Of a stretch of DNA of 64,000 bases, positions 13,101 to 25,100 are shown one piece after another (the stretch's first letter is position 1; every line of letters starts with the position of its first letter). This stretch comes from Protoeuglena noctilucae (Eukaryota), in the NCBI GenBank assembly GCA_958009085.1, contig OY253672.1, positions 992,001-1,056,000 of the forward strand, written 5' to 3'. The position numbers were made by a program, and so were the translations under genes. The notes under the pieces were generated by a model. The model was not told the origin of the DNA, did not search any database, and saw nothing but the letters and a program-made list of their open reading frames with translations.

Positions 13101-16100
13101 CGCCTACCAGACGTCCCAGGTGTCGTCGGTGACCATCGGGGGCACCCCGGCGGCGGGGAACGTGGTGTCGGCCACGGTCGCCGGCACCGCGGTGTCGTAC
13201 ACGCTCGTCAGCGGGGACACGACTGCGACCGCCGCGACGGGCCTGGCGGCGGCCATCACCACCAACGCGACGACGTCCGCGGTTGTGACGGCCGTCACCA
13301 GCGGCAGCGTCGTCTACCTGACGGCCAAGACGTTCGGCGGCTCCTTCACCATCTCGGCCACGCAGACGGGCACGGGGGCGACGGCCACGGCGGCCATGCC
13401 GACGGCGGGCGTGGCCACGGCGATCGCCCAGGTGTCGACGGCCATCGTCTACGGCTCCTGGGAGGTGGGCGACGCCGTGACGGTCAACGTCAACACCTAC
13501 ACAGTCACCTACACGGTCACCAGCAACGACTTGACCGTCAGCGGCACTGGCACGGGCGGGACGGCCACGGACAGCCAGGCGGCCACCAACATCACCGCCA
13601 AGGTGGTCGCGGCCATCAACGCCAACGCGAGCGTCTCCCCCACGGTGCTCGCCACGCAGCAGGCGGGCACGGGGACGTTCACGGTGGCGGCCAAGACGGC
13701 CGGCGTCCCCTTCACGCTAACGGTGTACCCGACGCCCCGGCAGAGCGCGTCGCTGGTGACGACCACGTGGGGCGGGCTCGAGGACCAGCTGGCGATCCTG
13801 AGCAGCAACGTGCACAACTTCAGCCACTGCGTCGACTCGACGAACGCCATCATCGTGCCGGCGGCCGGCACGACGTGCGCGGCGGCCGGCGGCACTGAGA
13901 CGACCGACTGGGCCAAGGTCGTGGTCCCCACGTACGTGGCGCGGGCCTCGAACAGCGCCAACAACTGCGCGCTCACCCTCGTGGGCCAGACGAGCATCGA
14001 GAACTACAAGCGCATCATCCTGGCGGCGCGCCTCACGGTCAACAACTCCAAGACCACCACCGACACGTCCAACACGTACGCGGCGAGCTCGGGCAGCGGC
14101 ATCTCGATGCGCTACCTGTACACGGTGCTCAACGACGGCTCGGTGTCGACGTCGTCCACCGACTCCAAGCGGACCTACTGGGCCTCGAGCTTCCTGGGGA
14201 CGCCCACCGTGAGCTCCACAACCCCGTCGGCCGTGTCCACGACGGGCGGGCTCGTGACCGTCACTGGCACCAACTTCGGGCCCGTGGGCCCCTACGACGT
14301 CAACACGGGCGCGTCGTGCAGCCCTTACGACTCCAGCAACCGCCGCATCGCCACGTGCCTCTTCCCGGAGATCATCGGGGACTCGACGCAGGGGTGCCCC
14401 GCCGAGCCCTGCACGAGCGTCAAGGGCAACATCGTCTCCAAGGTCTACATTGGCGGCAACGAGTGCACGGGCGCCAAGGTTGTCTCGACCACGTCGCTCA
14501 CATGCACGGCGCCGGCGGGCAACGGGACGGGCATCGGCATCTGGGTCGTCACGTCCCAGTCGTCGTCCACCGCCAGCATGCTCAAGACCGGGACGGCCGC
14601 CAACGTGTTCAACTACAGCGGCCCGACTGTGGTGGGCATCGTGGCCCCCGTCAAGACGTGCGGGCCCAACTGCACCTCCAACGTGCTCACCATCCTCGGG
14701 ACCAACTTCGGCGCCCCGGGGACCACGACCGTCTCCTCCAGCGGCGGCGGCTTCGTCAAGATCACCTTCACGTACGACGCCAGCAACCCCGTCGCGTGCA
14801 CCAACGCCGCCGTGATCGACACCAAGGCCCGCGACCCGACGTGCACCACGTGTCCCTCCAACACGAGCCTCGACGGCACTCAGTACGAGGCAATCACGTG
14901 CACCCCACCAGCCGGCGTGGGGTCGGGCCACGCGATGCAGGTGCAGGTGCAAGGGCAGGCCTCGAGCGCCAGCAACACGTTCTTCAGCTACATCGCCCCG
15001 AGCATCACGAGCCAGGCCACCGTGTCCTTCATCCCCGTCAACCTGCTTACGGTGACGGGAGACAACTTCGGGCCCGCGTGCGGGGGCACCGGGACGGCGT
15101 GCATCACGAGTGGGACGGGGGTCAAGCTGCAGTCGCTGGTGATCTCCGACCCGTCGAGCACCACGACCGTCAACTGCACCACCAGCTTCCAGGTCGTGAG
15201 CGACACCCAGATCGTGTGCAAGCCGCCATCGATGCAGACCACCGTTGCAGCGGGCGTCTTCGGGTCTTCGGACACCACCAAGACGTACAACCTGACGGTG
15301 AACGCCGGGAACCAGACCAACACGGACGGCGCGAACAAGTTCAAGTACCTCGCGCCCAGCATCACGGCGATCACGGCCTACTGCAGCGCGGCGGCTGGCT
15401 GCACGACGCCGGCCGCGACCCTCAACTACAACGGAGACGACTTCCAGATCACCGGGACTAACCTGGGCATCACGACGTCAACCGTGGTGGTCTACTTCGG
15501 GACCTACGCCATGCCCGGCGGCACGGGGTACTCGGTTCCCACAGGGGGCCAGTCGGTGGCGGTGGCGACCAACGACACGACCATCAAGGGCTACGCGCCC
15601 GACTACATCACCACGGGCAACACCTTCACGCCCAACGTGTACGTGACGGTGGACAGCATCGCCAGCAACACCCTCAACCTCGCCTCCAACCTGTACCAGG
15701 GCCCTGCGCTGAGCAGCACCGTGGTGTACGGCGACCAGTTCGGCTACGGCATCAACGGCTACGTGGCGTCGTCCGACGTCACGTCCAGCTCGATACAGTC
15801 GACGGACGTGACGCACATCCAGGCGGACGGCTCTTGGATCACCATCACGGGGCAGAACTTTGCCCCCAAGTACGGTTTCACCCCGCGGCCGTTCAACACG
15901 GGTGAGAAGGTGACCATCAACGGCGTCGACGTCACGTTCAGCAACTCGGCCACGATGACGTACATCTACGACGCCTCGACCATCTACATCCGCCACTCGA
16001 CTGCCATTGACAGCACGGGGGCTGTGACCCCGCAGTCGGGGACGGGCCTACCCCTGGCCGTGACGATCAACGGCCAGGTCACGGCGACGGTGAAAACCTT

Positions 16101-19100
16101 CACCTTCCTCGGGCCCTACATCTCCCAGAAGGTCACCACCGGGTCGGCCGTGTACACGGAGGGCGGCCCCATCACAATCACGGGCAAGCGCATCGGCCCG
16201 ACGGGGTCCACGTACTTCAACGCCAGCACGTACACCAGCGCAGGCATCTGGCTGTGCCTCAGCTCGGACTGCACCAGCAAGGTGGCGTGCACGGGCGCCA
16301 CGGTGACGACTGTGGACTCCGTGGTGACGTGCACGCTGGACCCGACGGCAAGTGGGAGCAGCCCGCAGTTCTACGCGTTCGGCAACGAGCTCACGGGCTG
16401 GGCCGGAGCCGTGACAGGCTCGCTCGCCGCGGCCGTGAACGGGCGCATAAAGATGGTGGTCGCGTACACGGGCGACGACGTCACGGCGTCCACCACCAAC
16501 ACGGCCACGACCAACAACGGCCACGGGTTCGCGCTCGAGTCCGCGACGGCGTCCGGGACGGGCAAGTTCACGGTGTCCGCGCCCGTCATCACCTCCATCT
16601 CGCCCAGCACGGGCCTCTACACGGACGGCCGCACGACGGCGGGGTCCAACGTCATCACCATCACCGGGCACGACTTCGGCGGGGGCAATGGGACGGCCAT
16701 CACGGCCGCCAACGCCTCGCAGTTATTCGTGCGCGACGTGACGATCAACGGCAAGACGTGCCAAAACATCACGGTGGTGACGGGGAGCGCGAACAGCTAC
16801 AAGCTGACGGCGGCGGGCGACCCCGCCATCATCACGTGCCAGCCGGTGGCCGACATCGGCTCCAACAAGGCCGTCAAGGTCGTGGTGGGCAATCCCGCGG
16901 ACCAGACGACCTGGCAGTCCAGCAACGTCGACAAGACGGTGTCGTTCGGCACGCCCATCGTGACGGACGTGTTTGGCGCGGACGGTTCGAGCCCCAACCG
17001 CACGGTGCCTGCGGCCGTCCCCACCTCGCCAGGCTACAACGTGGTGACTATCCAGGGCATCAACTTCGGTGCCACCGGGTCCACGGTCCAGGTCATGTTC
17101 GACATGGACGGCAACGTGGCCACCACGGGGGACCAGGTCACGTGCGCGACGCCCACGACGGCCGGCGCCTGCGGGGGCAGCAACTGCGGTGTCACGGCGT
17201 GCGCCGTGTCGGACGCCAGCGGCAACTGCCTGGGCGACTACATCCGGTGCCAGTTCACGGCCCAGAACACGGGGTCGCTCGGCAGAGGGTTCCCACTGCG
17301 GATCATCTTCTGCGACGCCGACGGCAACAGCGCCTGCGACACGACCGCGGACCCCGCCGCCGGCGGGGCGACGGGGCTCGGGAGCCAGACGGGCACCAAC
17401 TACTGGCTGACGACGGTGCGCAGCACGGGCGCCTCCAACCTGGGCACGGTGAGCGGGCAGACGGTGCTGAACGTGACGCTGGCCTTCACGCCGCCGGCCA
17501 TCACTGGCATCACGGTGGCAGCGGCCACGGACGGATGGGTGGGGACCTCCACGCTGACCATCACGGGGACCAACTTCGGGAGCCTGACGACCGGCAACCC
17601 CTCCAACACGCAAGTGGCCGTGCAGATCCTGCACACCACCGAGAAGCCCACGTGCACGTCGGTCGCGGCGTGCGGGACCACGTCCGGGAGCACGTGCATC
17701 ACGTGCAGCTACACGTGCGAGGGACAGGCGTCGTCCCCGCTGCCCTGCGTGCCCAACACCGACCGCATCGTCGCCATCAAGGTGGCCGGGCAGATGTCCA
17801 ACTACTATGTTTGGAAGGGCGGCGTCCTCGGCCCGCTGATCAAGAGCCAGGCCAACGGGGGCGTGTCTGCGCCGTACATCTTCGCCAGCACGGTGTACCC
17901 GATCACCATCAACGGCTACCGGTTCGGGAGCACCAGCACGGACGCGGCCGTGACGCTCGACTCAATCCGCTACTGCGACAAGACGACCTTCACCAGCTGC
18001 TCTACCGACAACACGAGCGGCACAATGGCCAGCGGCAACTGGGTCTCTATGACGACGACCGCCCGCGGCGGGACGGCGCCGAACCTGTACGTGACGGGCC
18101 AGACCCCTGCGCACAGCCAGACGGTGGGGGACGGCTCGGACGCGCTGACGGTCAACGTGCGGTTCACCTACTCGGCCACGCTGTGCAACTCGAGCTGCAC
18201 CACGTCCAACCCCAACAACACAACCACCCCTTGCGCGGGCGTGCAGGGCATGACGGACTGGACCAGCACCACCGACTGGAACACCATTGTGTGCACCAGC
18301 GCGGCATCGGGGGCGACGACGCAGGTCGCCACCACCTACTCGACGAACTCGACCCCGAGCGCGCAGGACAACGGGATGGCGGCGCTCGAGTACAAGGCGC
18401 CGACCTTCTACACGTCAGTGGACTCGGCGCTGGGCAGCACGGTCCGCGTGGCATCGCAGACGCAGGACGGGGCCAACTTCATCACGGCTCACACCACGTC
18501 CGGCACCTATACAACGACGTCTCAGGCGATTACGCTCATGGGCGAGGGCTTCGGCAACGTCGTGAACAACACTTACATCAACGGCGTCAGGATTGATACA
18601 GAGGCCGCGACAGGAACGTACTTTGGGCCCACAACGTATTCCGCCACCGTCAGCACCAGCAACTCGTTCGTCATCACGCTCCCGGATGGCATCGGCATCA
18701 CGTTGCTGACCGTCCAATTCAGCTGCGATGCCGCCTCGCAGCTCGGGCAGCCGCTCCCCAACACGTCGACGAGCGGGTCTGCGACGCAGAGCACGCAGAC
18801 CGCAGCCGCTGCAAGTCAGGCGCAAGTGGACACGATCGTGCTGTCCGGGACTTACGAGACCGGGGACACCGTGAAAGTCACGGTCAACGGGACCACGGTC
18901 TCCTACTTGGTGGTGGTGGCCGACTTCCAATACAGCGGAGCTGCGGCCACGAACGCCCAGGTGCTGGGCAACATCGCCACCAACTTGGCCGCGGCCCTCG
19001 CGGGTAACGCCACGGTAAGCGCCGCGGTGACGGCGACCGCCAACTCGTCGACGGCGACGGTGACGCTCACGTCCACGTGCGGGGCGTCGTGCACGGCGTC

Positions 19101-22100
19101 GACGGGCTTCACGACAACGGCCACGGTGGTACGCACTGCCATCACGGCCAGCGACTACGCCTCCCTGACCTGCCGCGGCACGACGTCCACGCTCAAGATC
19201 CTCCGCACCGCGCCGGCAATCTCGAGCAGTCTGCAGACGGTCGGTGGCGCGGGGGGCACCCTGACCTTTGCCGGGACAGACTTCACGACGCCCGCGCTCG
19301 TGTCCTCCACCTCCCTGGTCACGGCGGCGCTGTACAGCGGCACGAGCCTGTACCAGAGCCTCACGATCACCTCCATCACGTACGACTCCACCAGCAACAC
19401 CTTCAGCATGGTGACGACGGTGCCGGCCGGCACTGGCACCGGGTACGACGTGCACGTGACGGTGCAGCTTTGCAGCACCTGCACGGCCATCGTCGGCATC
19501 TCGTCGGGCAAGGTCTCTTTCACGCTGCCCCAGATCACCAACATCACCTCGCTGCCCACGCTGTCGACCCAGACGACCGTGTCGTACACGTACACGTCGG
19601 GCACGGGCACGGCCACCGACACCCTGACGGGCGCCTGGATCACCATCCCTGGGACCAACTTCGGGCCCAACCTGACGGTGGCGCAGGCGGCCCAGCGGCA
19701 GCTGACGGTCAGCTTCACGTACAACGGCGCGCAGACGACCTGCCGGAGCCCCTTCATCACCAACTCGCAGGTCGACACCACCAGCGGGATTCAGTCATCC
19801 GACATCGTGTGCTCCATGGCCTGCCTGACGGGCGAGTCCAACTGCACCGGCACGGTCGGTTCCGGGGGCAACTACGTGCCGTCCTTCTCCATCAACGGGT
19901 CCGCCTGGGCAGTCAACACCAACAGCAAGGTGTTCAGCTACGCTGCACCCACTATCACGACCACAAACTCCGTCAACATCTGGGGCACGGGCGTGGTGAC
20001 CATCACAGGGACCAACTTCGGCCCGACCGACAGCTCCACGGTGTACATGCCCGCCGGCGGGGCGCGTGGCCTCACGGTGGCCTTCTCGAGCCCTGCTCTG
20101 GGCCTCGCCAGCACCGCGTGCATCAGCCCGACGGTGACGGGCCACGCCACCATCACGTGCACGCCACCCAACCTGAGCGGCCAGCTGTCCCTGACCAACA
20201 CCACGGTGACGGTGACCGTGACGGTGGGCCCCTCGGGCAACACGCAGTCTGTCACGGCCAACTACACGTTCTCCCCGCCCGTCGTCTCGACCGTCGGCCA
20301 GCCGTCTGTCTTCGGCGGCGTCATCACCATCGTGGGCACTGACTTCAGCCAGACCGACCAGAACGGGTCGCTGGGAGGCCTGTACATCAGCGGCTTGGCC
20401 GTGTCCAACCTGACGCCCTACAACGCCCAGGTGACGACCACGAAGATCGTCCTCACGTTCCCCTCGTCCTCCGGGGGCACCATCTACAGCAACACGCCCA
20501 TCGACGTGGTGGTGGGGGGCGTCAAGAGCACGATCGTGAACGCGTCGACGGCGCCCGTGGCGGGGACGGTGGACCCCCGGTACCTCAACTCGGTGGGCCC
20601 CACGGTCGTGGCGACGACGACGGTCCCGACGTCCGGCGGCGTCGTGGTCATCGCGGGCACGGGCTTCCCGCCCGTGACGGGCACCGTGGTGGGCACGGGC
20701 AGCGACTCCGTGACGGTGGGGACGTTCAAGTGCACGGACGCTATGTCTATCGACAACACCAACGCGCACTGGCAGACGAGCCTGAGCCAGTACAACCAGA
20801 TGACGTGCACGCTGCCGGCGGGCACCGGCAAGAACAAGCCCGTGACGATGATCTTCTACACCAAGACGTCCTCCAACGACGCGTCCTTCCAGGGCTTCTC
20901 ATACGCTGCCCCCACGGTCACCAGCGCCGTCACCTCCTCCGGCAGCACCAGCCTGGTGCCCGGGAGCCCCATCACCCTCAACGGCACCAACTTCGGCACC
21001 GACGCGTCGCTGGTCCTCGTGACGGCGCAGCTGTGCAGCACCCCCAACACCCCGTCCAACTGCAGCACCAACCCCACGAGCACGTGCACCAATGTGACCG
21101 TCACGCAGACCACCGTCTCGTGCACGCTCCCCGTCTCCACCAACACGGTCGGCACCACCGTGGTGCTCAACGTCACGGTCGACAGCGTCGCCATGACCAC
21201 CCCGTACGGCATCACCATCGCCCAGCCCACCATCACGAGCATCCTCAGCGGCGGCGCCGCCGTGCCGCCCACGGGCGGCGTCGTTACCATCAGCGGCTCC
21301 AACTTCGGCCCCCTCTGCGGCGGCACCAACCCCAGCTGTTCGTCGACCATCGCTGCCGTCACGTTCGGCGCCAACGCGGTGGCGTGCACCAGCCCGTCGG
21401 TGACGACGGCGGACTCCACGGGCAACGGTACCGTCATCACGTTGACCCTCCCGGCCGCTTCGACGGCGGGGACCACCCCCTTCGCCGCAGCCGACCTCGG
21501 CGCGGGCGGCATGTCGGTGTACGTCAAGGTGGGCCCGTCGGCGACCACTGCCGTCTCCTCGGCCGCCTACTCCTTCTCGTTCGCCGCCCCGACGGTCACC
21601 GGCATCACCTCCTCCGGCGGCGGCAGCCTCCCCGGGACCACCACGCCCAGCGCGTACAAGGGCCAGACCATCACCGTCACGGGCACCAACTTCGGCACGG
21701 CCACCGAGGGCCCCGTAATCTCCATCCACCACGCGCTGGACTCCACGGCCATCTTCAACGTGCAGTCGTCGGACATCGTGTCCGTCTCCAACACCCAGAT
21801 CGTGTTTAAGGCGCCCTCGGGGTACGGCTACCTGGCCTACATGCAGATCAACATCTCCAGCCGCGAGGCGACCTACACGGCCCTGAGCCTGACGACCACC
21901 CGGCCGCCGTTCCGGTTTGCCACGCCCGCCGTCCTGCCGGCCGCCCAGCAGCTGGTAAACGGCGTGAGCGTCTTCACCACGCCGACGAGCATCCCGCTGG
22001 CCTCCAACAACTCGCGCGGCAACACCAACGGCCTGGTCACGATCGTGGGCACGGGCTTCGGCCCCGTCTCGGCCGCGGGCGCCAACGGCATCCAGGTGGT

Positions 22101-25100
22101 GCTGCACAAGTCACGGGCCACCGCCACGGGCACGGTGGACAACGTGCGGGCGTGCACGAACCCTGCGGTCACGACCGAGGACACGGTCTTGGTGTGCGAG
22201 CTGAGCACGAACGGGGTCGGGTCGGGCTGGGACGTGTACGTGGGCGTGGGCAGCAAGACGTACAGCCCGTGCGTGGTGCAGATCAACGTCGGCTCCACGC
22301 CCTTTTCCTTCTCCGGCGCCGACTGCCAGGTCAACGGGTTCACGTACAGCGCCACCGCCACCTTCACGCCCATCGCCAACAACACCGTCGGGGTCGGGGC
22401 ATGGGCCTTTGCGCCGCCGGTCGTGTCGAGCGTGCGGTTCTGCCAGGTCGGCGACACGTACTGCAAGAACGCGGACTACTCGCAGCAGGCGCAGCCCGCG
22501 GTGGTGTCGACCGGGTCAGTGACGAGCGTGGCCCAGGTCAGCACGGCGACCTTCTCGGGGACCTGGGAGACGAACGATGTGGCGACCCTCACGATCGGGA
22601 CCAAGGCGGTGAGCTACACGGTCGTGGCGGCCGACCTGACGGTGAACGGCAGCGCCGGGACCGCCGCGCAGGTGCAGGCCAACGTGGCTGCCAAGCTGGC
22701 CGCGGCCATCACGAGCGACGCCACGGCTGGCGCGTTGGTCACGGCCGTCGCCGCCAGCGGGGTGATCCGGCTGACAGCCAAGACGGGCAACTTGAGCATC
22801 ACCATCGCTCAGAGCGTGACCAACGGGGGCACGGACAACATGCAGGCCATCGCGGTGGCCACGATCATCCCGGCCGCCGGCACGTCGACCAACAAGCTCT
22901 ACATCACGGGGACGAACTTCGGCACGGCGTCTGAGACCATCACGGCCCTGTCCAATACCAGTGTCACGATCAACAACGCGGTCCAGGTGTGGCTGGTGGG
23001 CCCGGGCGACGGCACGTGCACGCGCAACAACGTGGCGCTGCCGGGCGTGGAGTGCAAGACGGCGACGCTGGTGACCGCCCAGACGGCGATCGAGTGCGTC
23101 GTGCCGGCCAACATCGGCGTCGGCATCAACGTGCTGGTGGAGGCCGGCGGGCAGGTCGGCACGACCCCGACCTCGCCCACGACCGCGCAGCAAGTGAGCT
23201 TCCAGGCGCCCGACATCACGTCCGTGACGTCGTCCGCCACCCAGGGCAGCACGATCACCGTCACGGGCACCGGCTTCGCGAACCTCATCCCCGACACGAC
23301 CGTCGACAGCACGTCCTGCTACGCGTCGTGGTTCACGGCCAACGCGGTGCAGGTGCTCTACAAGCAGAGCGACACTGCCCAGTACGGCACGTCGGCCAGC
23401 TGCACCTCGTTCGCGGTGGCCACGGTCAACAGTGTGGTGCAGGTCACGTGCACGGCGCCCAAGGGCACCGGCACCAACCACTCCCTGCAGATGGTGGTGC
23501 GCGGCGTCACGTTCACGGCCAACTCGGGCCAGGCGCAGTCCTTCTCGCCCTTCAACTACCTCGCCCCGACCGTCACGAGCGTGACGGCGCCCCCCGTCCT
23601 GGGCGGGACCATCACGATCAATGGCACCAACTTCGGCAACGTGCTGAGCTTCGTCCAGGTCCAGATCTACCCCCGCAGCGAGCTGAGCAAGACCCTCGCG
23701 CAGCGCACGGCCCTCGCCGCGACGGACGGCTGGTGCTCCAACACGGGTACCAACGCCAGCCTGGCGGTCCCCACCGCGGCCGCCGACACGGTGAACAAGA
23801 CGGGCCAGCACTTCCAGCTCACGTGCACGGTGCCGTCCGGGATCGGCTACAACTTCTCCGTCAAGGTCACGGTCGACTCCCAGGACTCCGGCAACACCGG
23901 GGACGGCCTGCTGGCGTACCTGCCGCCGACCATCGCGCCCACCACGACGCTCTCGACCGTCAGCGGCACCACGTACGCCGTCAACCCGCGCGTGGGCAAC
24001 CTGGTCGGCCTGACGACCATCACCATCGCCGGCACCAACTTTGGCACCCCCGACCTGCTGAGCAACCCCCCCTCGTACCTCTCCACGGGCGCCATCCAGG
24101 TGTGGTTCTCTACCGACACCGCCGCCACGGCCAACGGCGCCAGCAAGGCCGCGGCCACGTCCTTCCAGGCCGCCCAGTCCTCCGTGGTCATCTACCGCCC
24201 CGACTCGGCAAGCGACATCTTCTACATAATCGCCGCTGTCCCCGTGGGCGCCGGCAAGAACGTCAACGTGTTCGTGAGGGCCGACGGGCAGTTCTCCGCC
24301 GCGAGCAACCGCGCCCTGTACGACTTCCCGCCCCCCGTGGTGACCTCCACCAACGTGCCCTCGGCCGCCGGCGGGGCCGACACGAGCGGGGACGGCAAGG
24401 GCCACATCCTGACCATCACGGGCCAGAACTTCGGCCCGGCCAACACCCCCGTGACCTCCGTCATGGTCGGCGGGTACACGTGCAGCAGCCCGGTCGTGGT
24501 GAGCAGCACGAGCATCACGTGCGCCATGCCGGCCGGCAACGGCTCCCAGTACGTCGTGCAGGTCACCATCCTCGGGTCCACGTCGGACCCCGGGACGTGG
24601 CGCATGCGCTTCCGGTGCCCCACCGTCTCGGCGGTGTCGACCACGCTCACGGGCGCCGTGGCGGCCGCGCCCGCCTGCAACGGCACCGACTGCGCCCCGG
24701 GCCGCACGGGGCAGAAGGTGGTGGTGCAGGCGAAGGAGCTGGGCCCGACGACGGACATCTACAAGATGAAGGTCAAGTTCCTCCAGCCGGGCTCCACGGA
24801 CGCGAGCCTGGCCTACTGGACGGCCGTGGGCACGTCCGACGCGACGAGCGACCTCGCCTTCGCGCCCAGCTTCCAGCAGCCGGACAACCAGGGCGTCTAC
24901 ACGCTCCTCGTCACCGTGCCCGTCGGCTACGGCAGCGGCCTGCCGGTCGTGGTCGAGGTGAACGGCCAGGACTCCCTGGGCATGTGCGGTGACACGCCCG
25001 CCCGGTCCATCAGCGGCATTGACTCGTCCCTCAAGTTCTCGTACCCCAAGCCCGTCATCCTCGCGGCGGACTCGGTCGGCACCGAGGGCGGCGTCATCAC

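Noticed and set aside
12751..13725. Prophage or contractile injection system, suggested by sheath-like modules
   Set aside because: No tube, baseplate, capsid or sheath core is visible; the modules are embedded in a spliced membrane-protein gene
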